From an uncultured bacterium (GTDB taxonomy: Bacteria; Bdellovibrionota; JACOXK01; 2-02-FULL-40-11), in contig CAYJMQ010000002.1 in NCBI GenBank assembly GCA_964371555.1, positions 5,521 to 69,520 of the forward strand: a stretch of 64,000 bases of DNA, in the 5' to 3' direction. Made by a program: the position numbers and the translations under genes. The stretch's first letter is position 1. The number at the start of each line of letters is the position of its first letter. Positions 17,852-28,643 of the stretch are shown piece by piece. The notes beneath the pieces are model-generated. The model worked only from the letters and a program-made list of their open reading frames with translations, ran no database searches and was not told where the DNA came from.

Positions 17852-19603
17852 ATGGGTATCAAGGTTGTCATTTGCAATGTTCCGCTCCGTTCTGAAGATG
17901 CCCGGACTACCTATCCCCCGCTTGGCGCGATGTTTATCACGCAGGCGTTAAAATTGAGGGGATTTAATGCCGCATTTTACGATATCAACTATTTTCGCCC
18001 CCCTTTTGAAGAGATTAGAGACTATTTCTTGCGTCATCGGCCAGATGTCATTGGCATCAGTGCTACAGTTTCGACAACGTATGCATATCTGAAAAGGCTC
18101 AGTTCGCTGATTAAAGAAATACTCCCCGATTCAATGATCGTTGTCGGGGGGGCTATTACCGCCTCTTCGGACATTATTCTTAAATTCACAAAGGTCGATA
18201 TTTGTGTGACCGGGGAAGGGGAGCAGGTGATCGTGCATCTGCTCGATTATTTTTCGAAACAGGGGTTGGTAAAGATCGATGAAGAGTTAAAAAAGGTTCT
18301 TGGTATCTGTTTCCTCAATCAAATGGGAGAGATGGTCTTTACCGGCTACGAGATACAGATCCCGGCGCACGAAATACCAGATCCTGATTATGAGATTTTA
18401 AGGGAGTATTCGGAGTTGGATGGCTATATCATCGATCCGAAGTATTATCCCCAATTTAAGTACGATCGACGGACGAAGGAAATGAAAAGACAGGGAAAAA
18501 AGATGGCAACCGTTGTGACCTCGCGTGGCTGTATCGCCCGATGCACCTTTTGTCACAGATGGCAAAAAGGGCTTCGGATTTTTCCGGTAGACCGGGTGAT
18601 CAATCATATTAGATTTCTGATGGAGCGCCACGATGTTGGTTTTATATCATTCGGGGACGAAGATTTTGGGGCTTCACAGAGATGGGTTGAGGAGTTCGTC
18701 GAAAAAATTTCGACTTTGGACATATTATATCGGATTGGCGCGATCCGGGTCGATCATGTTACTCTCCCCGTCCTTAAAAGATATCAAGAGAGCGGCTGCG
18801 TTGCCATTCATTACGGAATGGAATCGGGGAGCGATCGAATCCTTTCTGTGATGGAAAAGAGAGCCACTGTCCAGATGAATCGCGATGCCGCAATGATGAC
18901 ATTCCAGGCAGGTTTGCAGACCGTTCCGGCAGCGGTTGTCGGAATGCCGGGGGAAACTTATGAGACGATAGAGGAGACCGCTGAGTTTCTTAAGGATATT
19001 ACAGAATTTTATCCCTACGACCCGGTTATCAGCCCCAATCTGCTCGTTGCGCTTCCGGGAACCCCCGTCTATGAGTACGCGAGATTTAAGGGTTTCCTCG
19101 GTCAAACGCCGGAAGATGAGGAGAAGTACCTCGTCCGGATTTCAGATCATGGGGGTGATTCCCCCGTTCAGTTTAATTTTACCGATTATCCCTATTTTGC
19201 GGTTCAGTCGTGGGTGCGGTGTCTGATTATCTCTGTTTTGTATAATTATTATAAGAAAAATAATCTTTTGACACTCTCCAATGGAATGTTTGTTGTTTCT
19301 TTATTTCAATTTTTCCTAGGGATAAGGAGGGGACATTCTTTCTCCTGCAGTCTGATGAGTCATCCCCTTTTCTATCGCTTCAGATATGTATTGACACTGA
19401 TTCAGGTGATGATTGTAAATTTTAAAGAGTGCGATACAAAGTTGTTTCTCGAAAGATGCGTCGAACTTCTGGTTTGGCCATTTAAAAGAAAGGCATTCAC
19501 AAAATATATTTCTCTCAGGCAGTTTATGAATGAACGAACCTCCGGTCTCCAGGCAATCAAAGCAAATCTGACAAACCCGCTGCAGCTGCGATTAGGTCGT
19601 TAG
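17852..19603 (+). CDS. B12-binding radical SAM protein (class B rSAM), copy 2
   Basis: N-terminal cobalamin-binding domain (DVIGISATVS...VVGGA), CIARCTFC CxxxCxxC cluster. Confidence 0.8.
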   Translation: MGIKVVICNVPLRSEDARTTYPPLGAMFITQALKLRGFNAAFYDINYFRPPFEEIRDYFLRHRPDVIGISATVSTTYAYLKRLSSLIKEILPDSMIVVGGAITASSDIILKFTKVDICVTGEGEQVIVHLLDYFSKQGLVKIDEELKKVLGICFLNQMGEMVFTGYEIQIPAHEIPDPDYEILREYSELDGYIIDPKYYPQFKYDRRTKEMKRQGKKMATVVTSRGCIARCTFCHRWQKGLRIFPVDRVINHIRFLMERHDVGFISFGDEDFGASQRWVEEFVEKISTLDILYRIGAIRVDHVTLPVLKRYQESGCVAIHYGMESGSDRILSVMEKRATVQMNRDAAMMTFQAGLQTVPAAVVGMPGETYETIEETAEFLKDITEFYPYDPVISPNLLVALPGTPVYEYARFKGFLGQTPEDEEKYLVRISDHGGDSPVQFNFTDYPYFAVQSWVRCLIISVLYNYYKKNNLLTLSNGMFVVSLFQFFLGIRRGHSFSCSLMSHPLFYRFRYVLTLIQVMIVNFKECDTKLFLERCVELLVWPFKRKAFTKYISLRQFMNERTSGLQAIKANLTNPLQLRLGR

Positions 19604-19624
19604 CGGGAGAGCGCCGAGATTTGG

Positions 19625-21400
19625 GTGATGAAGCTAAGTTTTTTAGATGCCCTGCCGACCGATCCTCATGATCTGGCCATCAATGACGGAATGGTTATTG
19701 CCATGAAGCCTACGGTCCATGCCTGGCTTTTGAGACAGAACATAGCGGCGCAAAATACGCTCCCCTATTTTTCCAATGCATCCCACGAGTCTGCCCTTCT
19801 CTCATCTCAAGTTGCTGCCCAATGGCTGAGAGCCGAGGCGAAGTTTTTAGAGACAACATTTGGCATCGAATATGCCTATCGTGAAATGTTTGTCTTTCTT
19901 ACCCGATTTGCGATTCATTATTGTCTTTGGGCGATCGATGTTGTTCAACACGCGCTTGATAGGCACCAACCGACAGGGCTTCTTGCCTCGTGTCAACCTT
20001 ATCGGCAGACCCCCTCTTTTTATATTGAATCTTTCGAAAACTATTTGGCGAAACTTGTGCAAAGAATTGCAAAGAAACGGGGAATTCCGTTTGAAGTTGT
20101 CTCAGCTTGTGAGAATGGCATTTCTCCAAAATCTCGAAACTTGACCTCTTCGTTTTTTCGAGAGGTTATTCGCCCCATGCTTGCCACAGCAAGATACAGG
20201 TGGCTGAAAAAACGCCATCCCAAAAGGAAAAAAATTTTATATACCACCACAGCTTATCAGATGGATCTTGTGATTGGGGATTTGAAAGAGAGATTTCCGA
20301 ATATCGATTTTGAACTTTTAGCAGAATCGTCCGTCGTTTCTTCGGGCAGATTGCCTGCTCAATGGAGCGCCTTTCAGACTCTTGTAGCAAAACTTCGTCA
20401 AAATCCCCCTCCTTTTTCTTATTTGGGCATTTCCTTTGGCGATCTCATTGCGCAAAAAATAGAAAATAATATTGCCCCTTATCTGGTTGGCTATATGCGT
20501 TCGGCCCCGGTGCTCGATCGATGGCTCGATCTATTAAACCCGGCTGCGATCTTATCGAACGCGAATCGCTCCGATGACAAATTGTTGGCTGAGCTTTGTC
20601 GAAAAAAGGGGATCCCAAATGTCGTAATCAGTCACGGCTCTCACATCTCACCAAAGAACGATTTCGAGCGGATCGAATGGGGGGAGCATGGAAAACAATT
20701 CTTAAGCGCTCCTTATTCACATATCGCGCTTCAATCCCCGGTTACAGAAGGCTACATTGATGCCTTTAAACCCGACGCTCTGACGTTAAAAACCGGGCCT
20801 CTCATTTGGGGGAGAAAAATCAGGCGCGCACACCGCAGGCGCGCCCGCATGGCTGAAAAAATCGTTCTTCACGCGGGGACCCCAAAAATAACATCGAGCC
20901 TGAGATTTCAGATCTATGAAACCCCCGACGAATATATTCAATCGCTAAAAGACCTTTCCAATGTCATTCTCAAGATGGAAAATGTAAAACTCGTCATTAA
21001 ATTTAGACCGATGGAAGAGATTTCTTTAGAAACATTGACCACCCTTTTGCCCAGTGCCCCAAATATCATTGTTGAAACGAAACAGGCATTCAGAGAAAGC
21101 CTTTCATGCGCCGACCTCCTTATCAGTTTTTCTTCAACCACCATAGAAGAGGCGCTGCAGAATCAGATTCCTGTGCTCCTCTATGGCGGGAACGGGCGTT
21201 ATCAGCATATTCCAGCTCAGACGGTAAAAAATGGCGTACCGCTTTCAAAAAGCGCTCTCTATTTTGCTCCCGATTTTTCAGATCTTGAATTTGCAGTCCG
21301 GGGGATTCTTGCCGCCGCGCCCTCTCTTGATGAAAAAATTTTTGAGCCTTATATCTATGGGGAGTCAGAACGCGAGTCGCTTCTCGAAAGAATTTTATGA
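19625..21400 (+). CDS. hypothetical protein with a GT-B/TagF-like C-terminal region
   Basis: The C-terminal LLISFSSTTIEEALQNQIPVLLYGG resembles the donor-binding end of GT-B glycosyl- or glycerophospho-transferases; otherwise no recognisable family. Confidence 0.35.
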   Translation: MMKLSFLDALPTDPHDLAINDGMVIAMKPTVHAWLLRQNIAAQNTLPYFSNASHESALLSSQVAAQWLRAEAKFLETTFGIEYAYREMFVFLTRFAIHYCLWAIDVVQHALDRHQPTGLLASCQPYRQTPSFYIESFENYLAKLVQRIAKKRGIPFEVVSACENGISPKSRNLTSSFFREVIRPMLATARYRWLKKRHPKRKKILYTTTAYQMDLVIGDLKERFPNIDFELLAESSVVSSGRLPAQWSAFQTLVAKLRQNPPPFSYLGISFGDLIAQKIENNIAPYLVGYMRSAPVLDRWLDLLNPAAILSNANRSDDKLLAELCRKKGIPNVVISHGSHISPKNDFERIEWGEHGKQFLSAPYSHIALQSPVTEGYIDAFKPDALTLKTGPLIWGRKIRRAHRRRARMAEKIVLHAGTPKITSSLRFQIYETPDEYIQSLKDLSNVILKMENVKLVIKFRPMEEISLETLTTLLPSAPNIIVETKQAFRESLSCADLLISFSSTTIEEALQNQIPVLLYGGNGRYQHIPAQTVKNGVPLSKSALYFAPDFSDLEFAVRGILAAAPSLDEKIFEPYIYGESERESLLERIL

Positions 21401-22443
21401 ACGAATCGGTATATATTTCTCATCATAAATTGTCCTCATTTATGCGAGATGTTCTTAAACGGACCGATGTCAGAGACGATGTCGCCGCCCATCTTACAGA
21501 GGCTCTTATCGAATCCTCCCTTCGTGGTGTCGACTCTCATGGCGTCCGGCTCTTTCCTCATTATGTGAAGGGGGTATTGGGGGGGCGGATCAATCCAAAT
21601 CCGTCATATCGTCGTACGCGAACCTCCCCATCAACAGCCCTTTTTGATGCCGATCATACGTTCGGACATGCGGCCTGCATGGAAGCGGCCAAATATGCGA
21701 TCGCTTTGGCAGATGAGGCAGGAAGCGCGCATGTGGCGGTCTATCACTCAAGTCATTTTGGCGCGGCGGCGACCTACGCGCTGGAAATCGCAAGATGTAA
21801 TATGATCGGCATGAGTTTTACCAATACCGACGCGCTTATTAAGAGCTATGGCGGGAAGAAAGCTTTTCTTGGGAACAATCCGATTTGCATCACTGTGCCA
21901 TGTGAGGGGGAAGAGCCGATTTGTCTGGATATGGCAACCAGTATTGTTACCTTTAACAAAATTAAACAGCTGCGTGAGCATGGTCTTTTTGCGCCGCCAG
22001 GTGTCGGAGCTGATGACGAAGGAAGAGAAACAATCGATCCCCATCGCATTTCAATGTTAAATCCGATCGGTGGATATAAAGGGTACGGTTTGAGTTTTAT
22101 GGTTGAAGTCTTATGCAGTCTGCTCACCGGGATGCCATACGGACCGCAGATTCCAAAAATGTTTGAAGCGCCAATGGATGAAAAAAGAAATCTCGGGCAA
22201 TTTATTATCGCGCTCCGGATTGAGAACTTTCAGGATATCCATTTGTTTAAAAAGAGAATGGCGATGTTTGTCGGGGACTTGAGAAAGAGCCCTCCCTTTC
22301 ATCCGGACCAACCGGTCCATGTTCCCGGTGATCCTGAAAAAGCAAAACAAAAAGAACGATTAAAGACCGGCATCCCCCTCTCTGACACCGAACTCATCCA
22401 CCTTCGCAATATAGGACGGCAATGGGGGATTCAAATTGAATGA
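21397..22443 (+). CDS. Ldh_2 family oxidoreductase (malate/L-sulfolactate/ureidoglycolate dehydrogenase-like)
   Basis: GVDSHGVRLFPHYV and HSSHFGAAATY motifs are typical of PF02615. Confidence 0.65.
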   Translation: MNESVYISHHKLSSFMRDVLKRTDVRDDVAAHLTEALIESSLRGVDSHGVRLFPHYVKGVLGGRINPNPSYRRTRTSPSTALFDADHTFGHAACMEAAKYAIALADEAGSAHVAVYHSSHFGAAATYALEIARCNMIGMSFTNTDALIKSYGGKKAFLGNNPICITVPCEGEEPICLDMATSIVTFNKIKQLREHGLFAPPGVGADDEGRETIDPHRISMLNPIGGYKGYGLSFMVEVLCSLLTGMPYGPQIPKMFEAPMDEKRNLGQFIIALRIENFQDIHLFKKRMAMFVGDLRKSPPFHPDQPVHVPGDPEKAKQKERLKTGIPLSDTELIHLRNIGRQWGIQIE

Positions 22444-22560
22444 AGAGATTTGATTCTTCACTTGAGCATCTGTCCAGCTACTATTTTCAGAGCCCAGGCT
22501 GCATTTTCCTTGGCCTTTTCGGCATCTGGTTCTTTATAAAATTGTGAAGGGGTTAAATCT

Positions 22561-24369
22561 TCACTTCCATTTTATCCAATAAGGGTGTCCATGAGAATAT
22601 TTTCTCTGGATTTTTCCTTCAGAAATAATGCGCCTGATATTTATTAATATATCGAGAAAATAGCCAGGTTTCATTTGGGGTGAAAAATGAAGCAGGTATC
22701 TGCTTCTCAGGAGGTAAGCAATTCCTCCCCCCATCAGAACATGCGTCAAGGGGACGATCGTAAAGCGATACCAGTCTTTGAACTCCTGAATGAAGATCCC
22801 GTCCACCGGGTCGTACATGGTTTGCGAAGTCGTTAACGCATAGGAGATCATTTTGAAAAGAATTAGAAATAACAATGGCATTGAGTATCTCCATTCTTTT
22901 TGTGACAAGAAGATGCCGGCAACCATAAAACAGTAGAGATAAAAGCATAAGACCATGTTATAGGCGGAACTCTTAGGCTGCAAAAAAATAAAGGCAGGGG
23001 TAAAAAAAATGTCATAGTCCCAAAATCTCATGATTTGACCCGCAAGATGCGGCCAAATAATTTGCAGGGTGATTAAGGGATGATGGAAAATCTGTGCAAG
23101 CATCTGTTGAAAATCGTTTACTGGAATTCCAGCGGCCTCAAATTTTTTAAATTCATAAAACCAGGTCTGGTGCAACAATAATTGCTGTGTCGATTCTGAG
23201 GCCGAAACAATCGATGATAAAGTAAAATCACCAAACGTTAGAAAATTGCGATACATCCACGGAAGGGCAATAACCATAAAGCCGAATGAAAAGAAAAGAA
23301 TCTTTATTTTGGATTTTCTCCACGAAAAGGCAATCCATGGGAAGATAAGGAATAAGCTATAATAATATTCTGGCCTTGCCATGATCAATAACGTTAAACC
23401 GAGGCCGGAAATAAATGCGGCGATTTGAGAGGTGAAGTCCTTGCGTTTCATTGCGATAAATAAGGCGAGTAAGAAGAGCTCCAGTGTAAAGAGCCCAAAT
23501 GCCTCGGAGCCGATATATCCCCCATATTGAATCAGAAAACCGTAGCCGGCGCTAAGGATCGAGGCAATTTTTGCGGCTGTTTCATCAAATATGAATCTCG
23601 CAATGGCGTATGTGAATAAGATACAGATTGCCCCCAAAAGGGCGTTAAAGAGCCGTGCGATCAGCGGGTAATATCCAAATATCTTATAAATGGTTGCGTA
23701 AAATATGACGACTGAACCTTTCTGCGATAGAAAAGGCCTGGTTGCGTCAAATAGGTTTCCGGTTTGAGCCAGGTAGAGGGCATCTTCATTATATTGACTG
23801 TCAGGGCCTTCCATGACCCCAGGAGGGAGATTGATCGTAAGCTGAACCGCAAAGAGGGTTCTCACAGCCAAACCAAACAAAAAAATAAAAAGAATAAATC
23901 GCTTGCCTTTCCAAAAATTAAGAATGACAGAGGGGAGAATGGAAAGTTCCCACACTGAAATGCCATGTCCCTTTTTAAAAAAGATCCAAAAAAGAGTCTT
24001 TATGAGGTAGTAAAAAGAAAAATAAAGAATAGTTATAAAAAAAATAAAATAATAGATTTTTTGCATATTGAAAGAAAAGGCATACCCGATCAGCTGATCG
24101 CTAAGTCTTATCAGGGAGAAAATGAGGCTGAATGAAATGACGATGAGCGCTCCCCGGGGCCAGATACGGTCAAAGGGAAATTTGAAGAGCCGGCTGATCG
24201 AGAAAAAGTAGACAAAGGAAAGGAGGAGGTAAAAGATGAGATAGGGGGTTTCAGTCCATCTGGGGGAGAGATGAGACAGTAAAAATACCGAAAGAATTGC
24301 GTAGATAATAGAACCGCATAGCGCGCAACTGTATTTGAACTTTGATATTACCATCCCAAGAAAATTCAC
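22561..24369 (-). CDS. GT-C membrane glycosyltransferase (ArnT/PMT, GT39/GT83-like)
   Basis: 602 aa, many TM helices; the N-terminal region has an acidic loop motif (YNEDALYLAQTGNLF) resembling PMT/ArnT first-loop DE motifs. Confidence 0.55.
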   Translation of the reverse strand: MNFLGMVISKFKYSCALCGSIIYAILSVFLLSHLSPRWTETPYLIFYLLLSFVYFFSISRLFKFPFDRIWPRGALIVISFSLIFSLIRLSDQLIGYAFSFNMQKIYYFIFFITILYFSFYYLIKTLFWIFFKKGHGISVWELSILPSVILNFWKGKRFILFIFLFGLAVRTLFAVQLTINLPPGVMEGPDSQYNEDALYLAQTGNLFDATRPFLSQKGSVVIFYATIYKIFGYYPLIARLFNALLGAICILFTYAIARFIFDETAAKIASILSAGYGFLIQYGGYIGSEAFGLFTLELFLLALFIAMKRKDFTSQIAAFISGLGLTLLIMARPEYYYSLFLIFPWIAFSWRKSKIKILFFSFGFMVIALPWMYRNFLTFGDFTLSSIVSASESTQQLLLHQTWFYEFKKFEAAGIPVNDFQQMLAQIFHHPLITLQIIWPHLAGQIMRFWDYDIFFTPAFIFLQPKSSAYNMVLCFYLYCFMVAGIFLSQKEWRYSMPLLFLILFKMISYALTTSQTMYDPVDGIFIQEFKDWYRFTIVPLTHVLMGGGIAYLLRSRYLLHFSPQMKPGYFLDILINIRRIISEGKIQRKYSHGHPYWIKWK

Positions 24370-24436
24370 ACCAATATTTAGCCAAAAGCAATAAGATTGA
24401 CATTCGTGGGAGGTTGCCAGTAACCTTGATTAATAC

Positions 24437-25912
24437 GTGTGTTCCACTGATCTTCGAGTCACAAAAGCGCTAATCCCCGCCGCTGGGAGAGGGCTGAGAT
24501 CGTATCCTAAGAGCAAACATCTCCCCAAAGGGATGTTTGAAATCGAAAACAGACCGATTCTTGAGAACACGCTTATCCTGCTCAGGGATAAGATGAATAT
24601 TCGCGACATTTTTATGATCGTGGGGCATCAGAAAGAAAAAATAATAAATTATTTTAAAAATGGAGAGCGATGGGGGATCGATATTTCTTATATCGATTGC
24701 CCGGATCCTGAAGAAGGGATAGGGAGGGGGATTCTCTATGCTGAACAGTCGTTGCAAGAGCCTTTCATCTGCATTCTCGGTGATGAATATTACAGCCGTT
24801 CCAATCACGATCTTTGTCTGACATTACCGGATCAGATCTTTGCGGTCTGCGCGATTAAATATTCGAATGATATTAAATCAATAAAAAAAAATTATACAGT
24901 GGAGATCGGGGATGGTCTGATTCGGAAAATTATTGAAAAACCGGCTGTCAACCCGTCATCGCATTTAAGATATCTGGGATGCGGAACCTGGTTATTCAGA
25001 CCGGAAATTTTTGAGTGGATTAGAAAAACAGGGCATTCGGGGAGATCCGGAAAAGTCGAACTGATGGATGCCCTCGATCTGGCAATACAAAACGGGCGCC
25101 TGATCAAACCGTTTTATCTTGAGGGGGACTATTTCAATATCAATTCAATCGAAGACATCAACCAGTGCAATTATGTCGTTCGCTCGTCACACTTTTCTGA
25201 AAAAAGGATCAGTTTGATTATCCCTTCCCGCAATGAAGAGCAGACGATAGCGGCTGTCATTCAGGATGCCCTGCCGCATGTAGACGAAGTTATGGTAGTC
25301 GATAACCGATCGACCGATCAAACAGTGGAGGCAGCTCTTTCAGCGGGGGCGAGGGTAGAGAGAGTCAACCTCAAAGGGTATGGGGATACGATCCGACATG
25401 GTCTCGATCATGCCACTGGAGATATTCTGATTGTCATGGAGGCCGATTATTCATTTCGTGCAAAAGATTTGGGGAAGTTTCTCGAATATATTAAGGATGC
25501 TGATATGGTCATTGGAACCCGGACCACACGACAACTCATTGAACAAGGGGCCAACATGAATGGCTGGCTCCGGTTGGGGAATTTGATTGTTGCCAAACTG
25601 GTTGAGCTTTTATGGTGGGAGAGTGAGCCGCGTTTTACAGATGTCGGCTGTACTTACAGGGCAATCTGGAAAGAGGCGTATCAAAAAATCCGAAACGACC
25701 TCCATTCAACGGGACCGGAATTTTCGCTGGAAATGATGATAAAAATGTTAAAGTATAAACAACGGATCTTAGAGATTCCCATTTCGTATTATCCGCGTTT
25801 GGGAGGAATTTCAAAACACTCGAACCAGTGGTTTGGGATCTTTAAAACGGCGGCAAGAATGTTGCATCTTACCTTCATGGAAAGATTTTTTACAAGAGGA
25901 CGCCCGAGATGA
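24437..25912 (+). CDS. bifunctional sugar-phosphate nucleotidyltransferase / GT2 (Dpm1-like) fusion protein
   Basis: N-terminal ALIPAAGRGLR nucleotidyltransferase fold (~260 aa), then ISLIIPSRNEE...VVDNRSTD...MEADYSF GT2 domain. Confidence 0.7.
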   Translation: MCSTDLRVTKALIPAAGRGLRSYPKSKHLPKGMFEIENRPILENTLILLRDKMNIRDIFMIVGHQKEKIINYFKNGERWGIDISYIDCPDPEEGIGRGILYAEQSLQEPFICILGDEYYSRSNHDLCLTLPDQIFAVCAIKYSNDIKSIKKNYTVEIGDGLIRKIIEKPAVNPSSHLRYLGCGTWLFRPEIFEWIRKTGHSGRSGKVELMDALDLAIQNGRLIKPFYLEGDYFNINSIEDINQCNYVVRSSHFSEKRISLIIPSRNEEQTIAAVIQDALPHVDEVMVVDNRSTDQTVEAALSAGARVERVNLKGYGDTIRHGLDHATGDILIVMEADYSFRAKDLGKFLEYIKDADMVIGTRTTRQLIEQGANMNGWLRLGNLIVAKLVELLWWESEPRFTDVGCTYRAIWKEAYQKIRNDLHSTGPEFSLEMMIKMLKYKQRILEIPISYYPRLGGISKHSNQWFGIFKTAARMLHLTFMERFFTRGRPR

Positions 25913-27363
25913 GTTCCAAACTGAAAAAGGCTTTTTTGTGTTATTTGCCGATTGGCCGGTATCAGAGAGGGGAGGATCGTTGCCAGGCCGATATTGATGG
26001 ATCGACCACACAGGCCCCGCACGCGCCAAACGATTTGGGGTACATCGCCGCGCAATTGGAAAAATTCTCTGTAAAAAGTTTTATCAGGGATTATCCCGCT
26101 GAAGGATTATCTGAAGAACAGTTGATAGAAGATGTTAAAGCGTTTGAGCCGGACATTTTTTTTATCAGCACAACCTTTCCGACATTTGAAAAAGACGCCT
26201 TATTCTTAAAAAAAATAAAATCTTTAAAGCCGGACATCCTGACGATCGCAAAAGGGAGTTGCTTTTTTTCACTCCCGCTCAAAGATTTGAAAAATGAAAA
26301 TTACGCCTCTCTTGATATCGCAGTTTATGGGGAATCGGAGTTTATTATTGTAGATATTATCGAAAGCCTGCGGGGGGGAATGCCCCTTACAGATGTTTCC
26401 GGATTGCTTCTCTACATCGGGAGTCCGGAGGTTCGGCGCACCCCTCAGCCAGCTTTTGAGGAGAATCTCGATCTTCTTCCATTTCCAAAAAGAGAGTTGA
26501 TAAAGAATGAATTATATACCTGCCCCAATACGGGAAAGCCGATGGCAACGATTGTGGTATCAAGAGGGTGTCCTTTATCGTGTATATTTTGTCTGACTCC
26601 GATTATTTCCGGCCAAAAATTAAGAAAGCGTTCGGTCCAGAATGTGCTGGAGGAAGTAAAGGAGTGTGTCCATCATCATGGAATCAGCGATTTTTTTATG
26701 AGGGCTGATACATTTACCATGGATAGAGGATACGTAAAGGAATTCTGTCGGCAATTGCTTTCCGAACGTCTTTCTATTTCATGGGTTGCAAACAGTACGA
26801 CCACAGCGGCGCTCGACCGGGAAATGCTCGGTCTCATGAAAGCGGCCGGCTGCTGGCTTATCGCGTTTGGCATAGAGTCTGGCAATGAAGAGATCCAAAA
26901 AAGAATCAAACCCGGAATTCCGGTTGAAAACAGCTTTAAAGCTGTCCGACTCTGCAAGGATCTGGGAATTAAAACCTTCGGATTTTTTATGATAGGACTC
27001 CCCCACGATTCAAAATCAACGATGAACGACACTTTTCATCTTATGAAAGAGCTAGACTGCGATTTTATTGAGGTCCATATTGCCCTCCCTTATGACGGGA
27101 CCCCCTTAAATCGCTTGTCGAAAGAATTGGGGTTGCTTAAAGATTCTGTTCTCGGTCATAATTATTTTTCAATTCCCTATACCAGCGGTACTCTTCATCT
27201 GACAAGAAAAGAGATTATTCAGTTCAGAAAAAAAATGCTTGCGCACCATTATTTGCGTCCAACCTACATGTATCGAACGTTAAAGGGCTGCCGCTCCACG
27301 CACGAAGCGTTGAATTATCTCAAATATGGGACAAGGCTCCTTTATAATCTGGCTGTAAAATAG
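25909..27363 (+). CDS. B12-binding radical SAM protein (class B rSAM), copy 3
   Basis: Cobalamin-binding region (DIFFISTTFPT...ILTIAKGS), CPLSCIFC cluster, ELP3-like barrel. Confidence 0.8.
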   Translation: MSSKLKKAFLCYLPIGRYQRGEDRCQADIDGSTTQAPHAPNDLGYIAAQLEKFSVKSFIRDYPAEGLSEEQLIEDVKAFEPDIFFISTTFPTFEKDALFLKKIKSLKPDILTIAKGSCFFSLPLKDLKNENYASLDIAVYGESEFIIVDIIESLRGGMPLTDVSGLLLYIGSPEVRRTPQPAFEENLDLLPFPKRELIKNELYTCPNTGKPMATIVVSRGCPLSCIFCLTPIISGQKLRKRSVQNVLEEVKECVHHHGISDFFMRADTFTMDRGYVKEFCRQLLSERLSISWVANSTTTAALDREMLGLMKAAGCWLIAFGIESGNEEIQKRIKPGIPVENSFKAVRLCKDLGIKTFGFFMIGLPHDSKSTMNDTFHLMKELDCDFIEVHIALPYDGTPLNRLSKELGLLKDSVLGHNYFSIPYTSGTLHLTRKEIIQFRKKMLAHHYLRPTYMYRTLKGCRSTHEALNYLKYGTRLLYNLAVK

Positions 27364-28643
27364 GCTGCATGGTCGGTTTTCTTATGATGCAGTGTCTGTA
27401 CAAACCCGATGCCAAAAAAGAAGAGATAACAGGGGAGAAATAAGTCTCTATGACGAAAAGCGGCGCCAATGTTTCCTTCTGAAAGCGAAAATCCGACGAC
27501 AAAAATGAAAATCGTCAAAACAATCGGGAAAAAGAACCGTGCGTAGGAGGTTAATGAAAGGCAGACGCCTCTCAGAAGAAAAAAGCAACCAAGCAGCATG
27601 AAAAGGCTTTGAGGGTATGCCATCAGTTGGTTTTTTGATTGTATGTCCCATAAAAAGGGGGAAAAGAGGGCATAGGCAAGCCCTTTCAGTAGGATGAAGA
27701 GCCACGAAGAGAAAATGGGGCGATCTCCCGAAAAAAGCCCTTCTTGAATGGCATAAGGAGCGCCTGACCTGTCTATTACATGAGGGTACAAAAAGTAACC
27801 TGCGCTATCAGATAAGGCTACGTTCAACTGTTTGTCAACGAAAGGGTTCAGATGACGGTTTTTGACCAGAAAAGGGGTAATGGTAAACGCACCGACCAGA
27901 AGGGAGATGAAAAGCTTCTGCCGCCCTTCAAATGTTCTAAATAGGGCTACCAGTAGGGACAATAGAAGGAATAGTGAAAAAAAAACGGATTTATGGGCAA
28001 TGAAATACATCAGAAGTAAGGGAGGAGCCAGATAAAGTAATGGCCACTTCGGTTTTTCAAACAGAAGAAGGCAGATTCCAAGCAATACAACTACCAAGAG
28101 CAATAGGTAGGGCTCCTTAAATCCCCCCAACGAGTAATAAAAATAGCTTGGCCAAAATGAGAATAGTACTGAGACGAGTTTTGCTGTTTTTTTCCCAGAG
28201 AGCCTTAAACAGATAAAGTAAAAAATAATGGGGGTGAGGGATCCGACCAATATAGCAGTCATTTTTGTATAGATGATGGAAACCGAAAAAAAACAAAATA
28301 TGAAATAATGAAGAAAGGACAAGATGGTTAAAGGGTTCATGAATCCAAAGCCATAAGGGTCATTATAGTCGGGCAATATGAGGTAGAGTAAATTTACGTT
28401 TGTCGTGTTGCTAATGTCATAGAGTTCGAGTCCCTTATAAAAGTAAAGGGCTTCGTCGCTGGAAATAAAACCTTCCGCTCCGCGCTGTTGTGCCTGGTAA
28501 TAGAGATAACCCGCTATGACGAGGCGGGCAAGGAGCGAGAGAGAAAAAAGCATTATCAGAAATGGGGCATGATTCCCTCCTTTGAGATAAAGAGCGGTAA
28601 AGAGAATTAAAAGACAAATAAGAAAGAAAAGATAAAAAGTCAT
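27342..28643 (-). CDS. polytopic membrane protein (putative GT-C glycosyltransferase or polymerase)
   Basis: 433 aa, 10 or more hydrophobic helices; no soluble domain. Confidence 0.4.
   Translation of the reverse strand: MTFYLFFLICLLILFTALYLKGGNHAPFLIMLFSLSLLARLVIAGYLYYQAQQRGAEGFISSDEALYFYKGLELYDISNTTNVNLLYLILPDYNDPYGFGFMNPLTILSFLHYFIFCFFSVSIIYTKMTAILVGSLTPIIFYFICLRLSGKKTAKLVSVLFSFWPSYFYYSLGGFKEPYLLLLVVVLLGICLLLFEKPKWPLLYLAPPLLLMYFIAHKSVFFSLFLLLSLLVALFRTFEGRQKLFISLLVGAFTITPFLVKNRHLNPFVDKQLNVALSDSAGYFLYPHVIDRSGAPYAIQEGLFSGDRPIFSSWLFILLKGLAYALFSPFLWDIQSKNQLMAYPQSLFMLLGCFFLLRGVCLSLTSYARFFFPIVLTIFIFVVGFSLSEGNIGAAFRHRDLFLPCYLFFFGIGFVQTLHHKKTDHAAYFTARL

Noticed and set aside
1-22443. Functional link between sat (ATP sulfurylase) and the Ldh_2 family dehydrogenase (sulfolactate pathway or sulfated glycan)
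   Set aside because: The genes are about 20 kb apart with no APS kinase, sulfotransferase or sulfolactate genes between them, so the link is too speculative.
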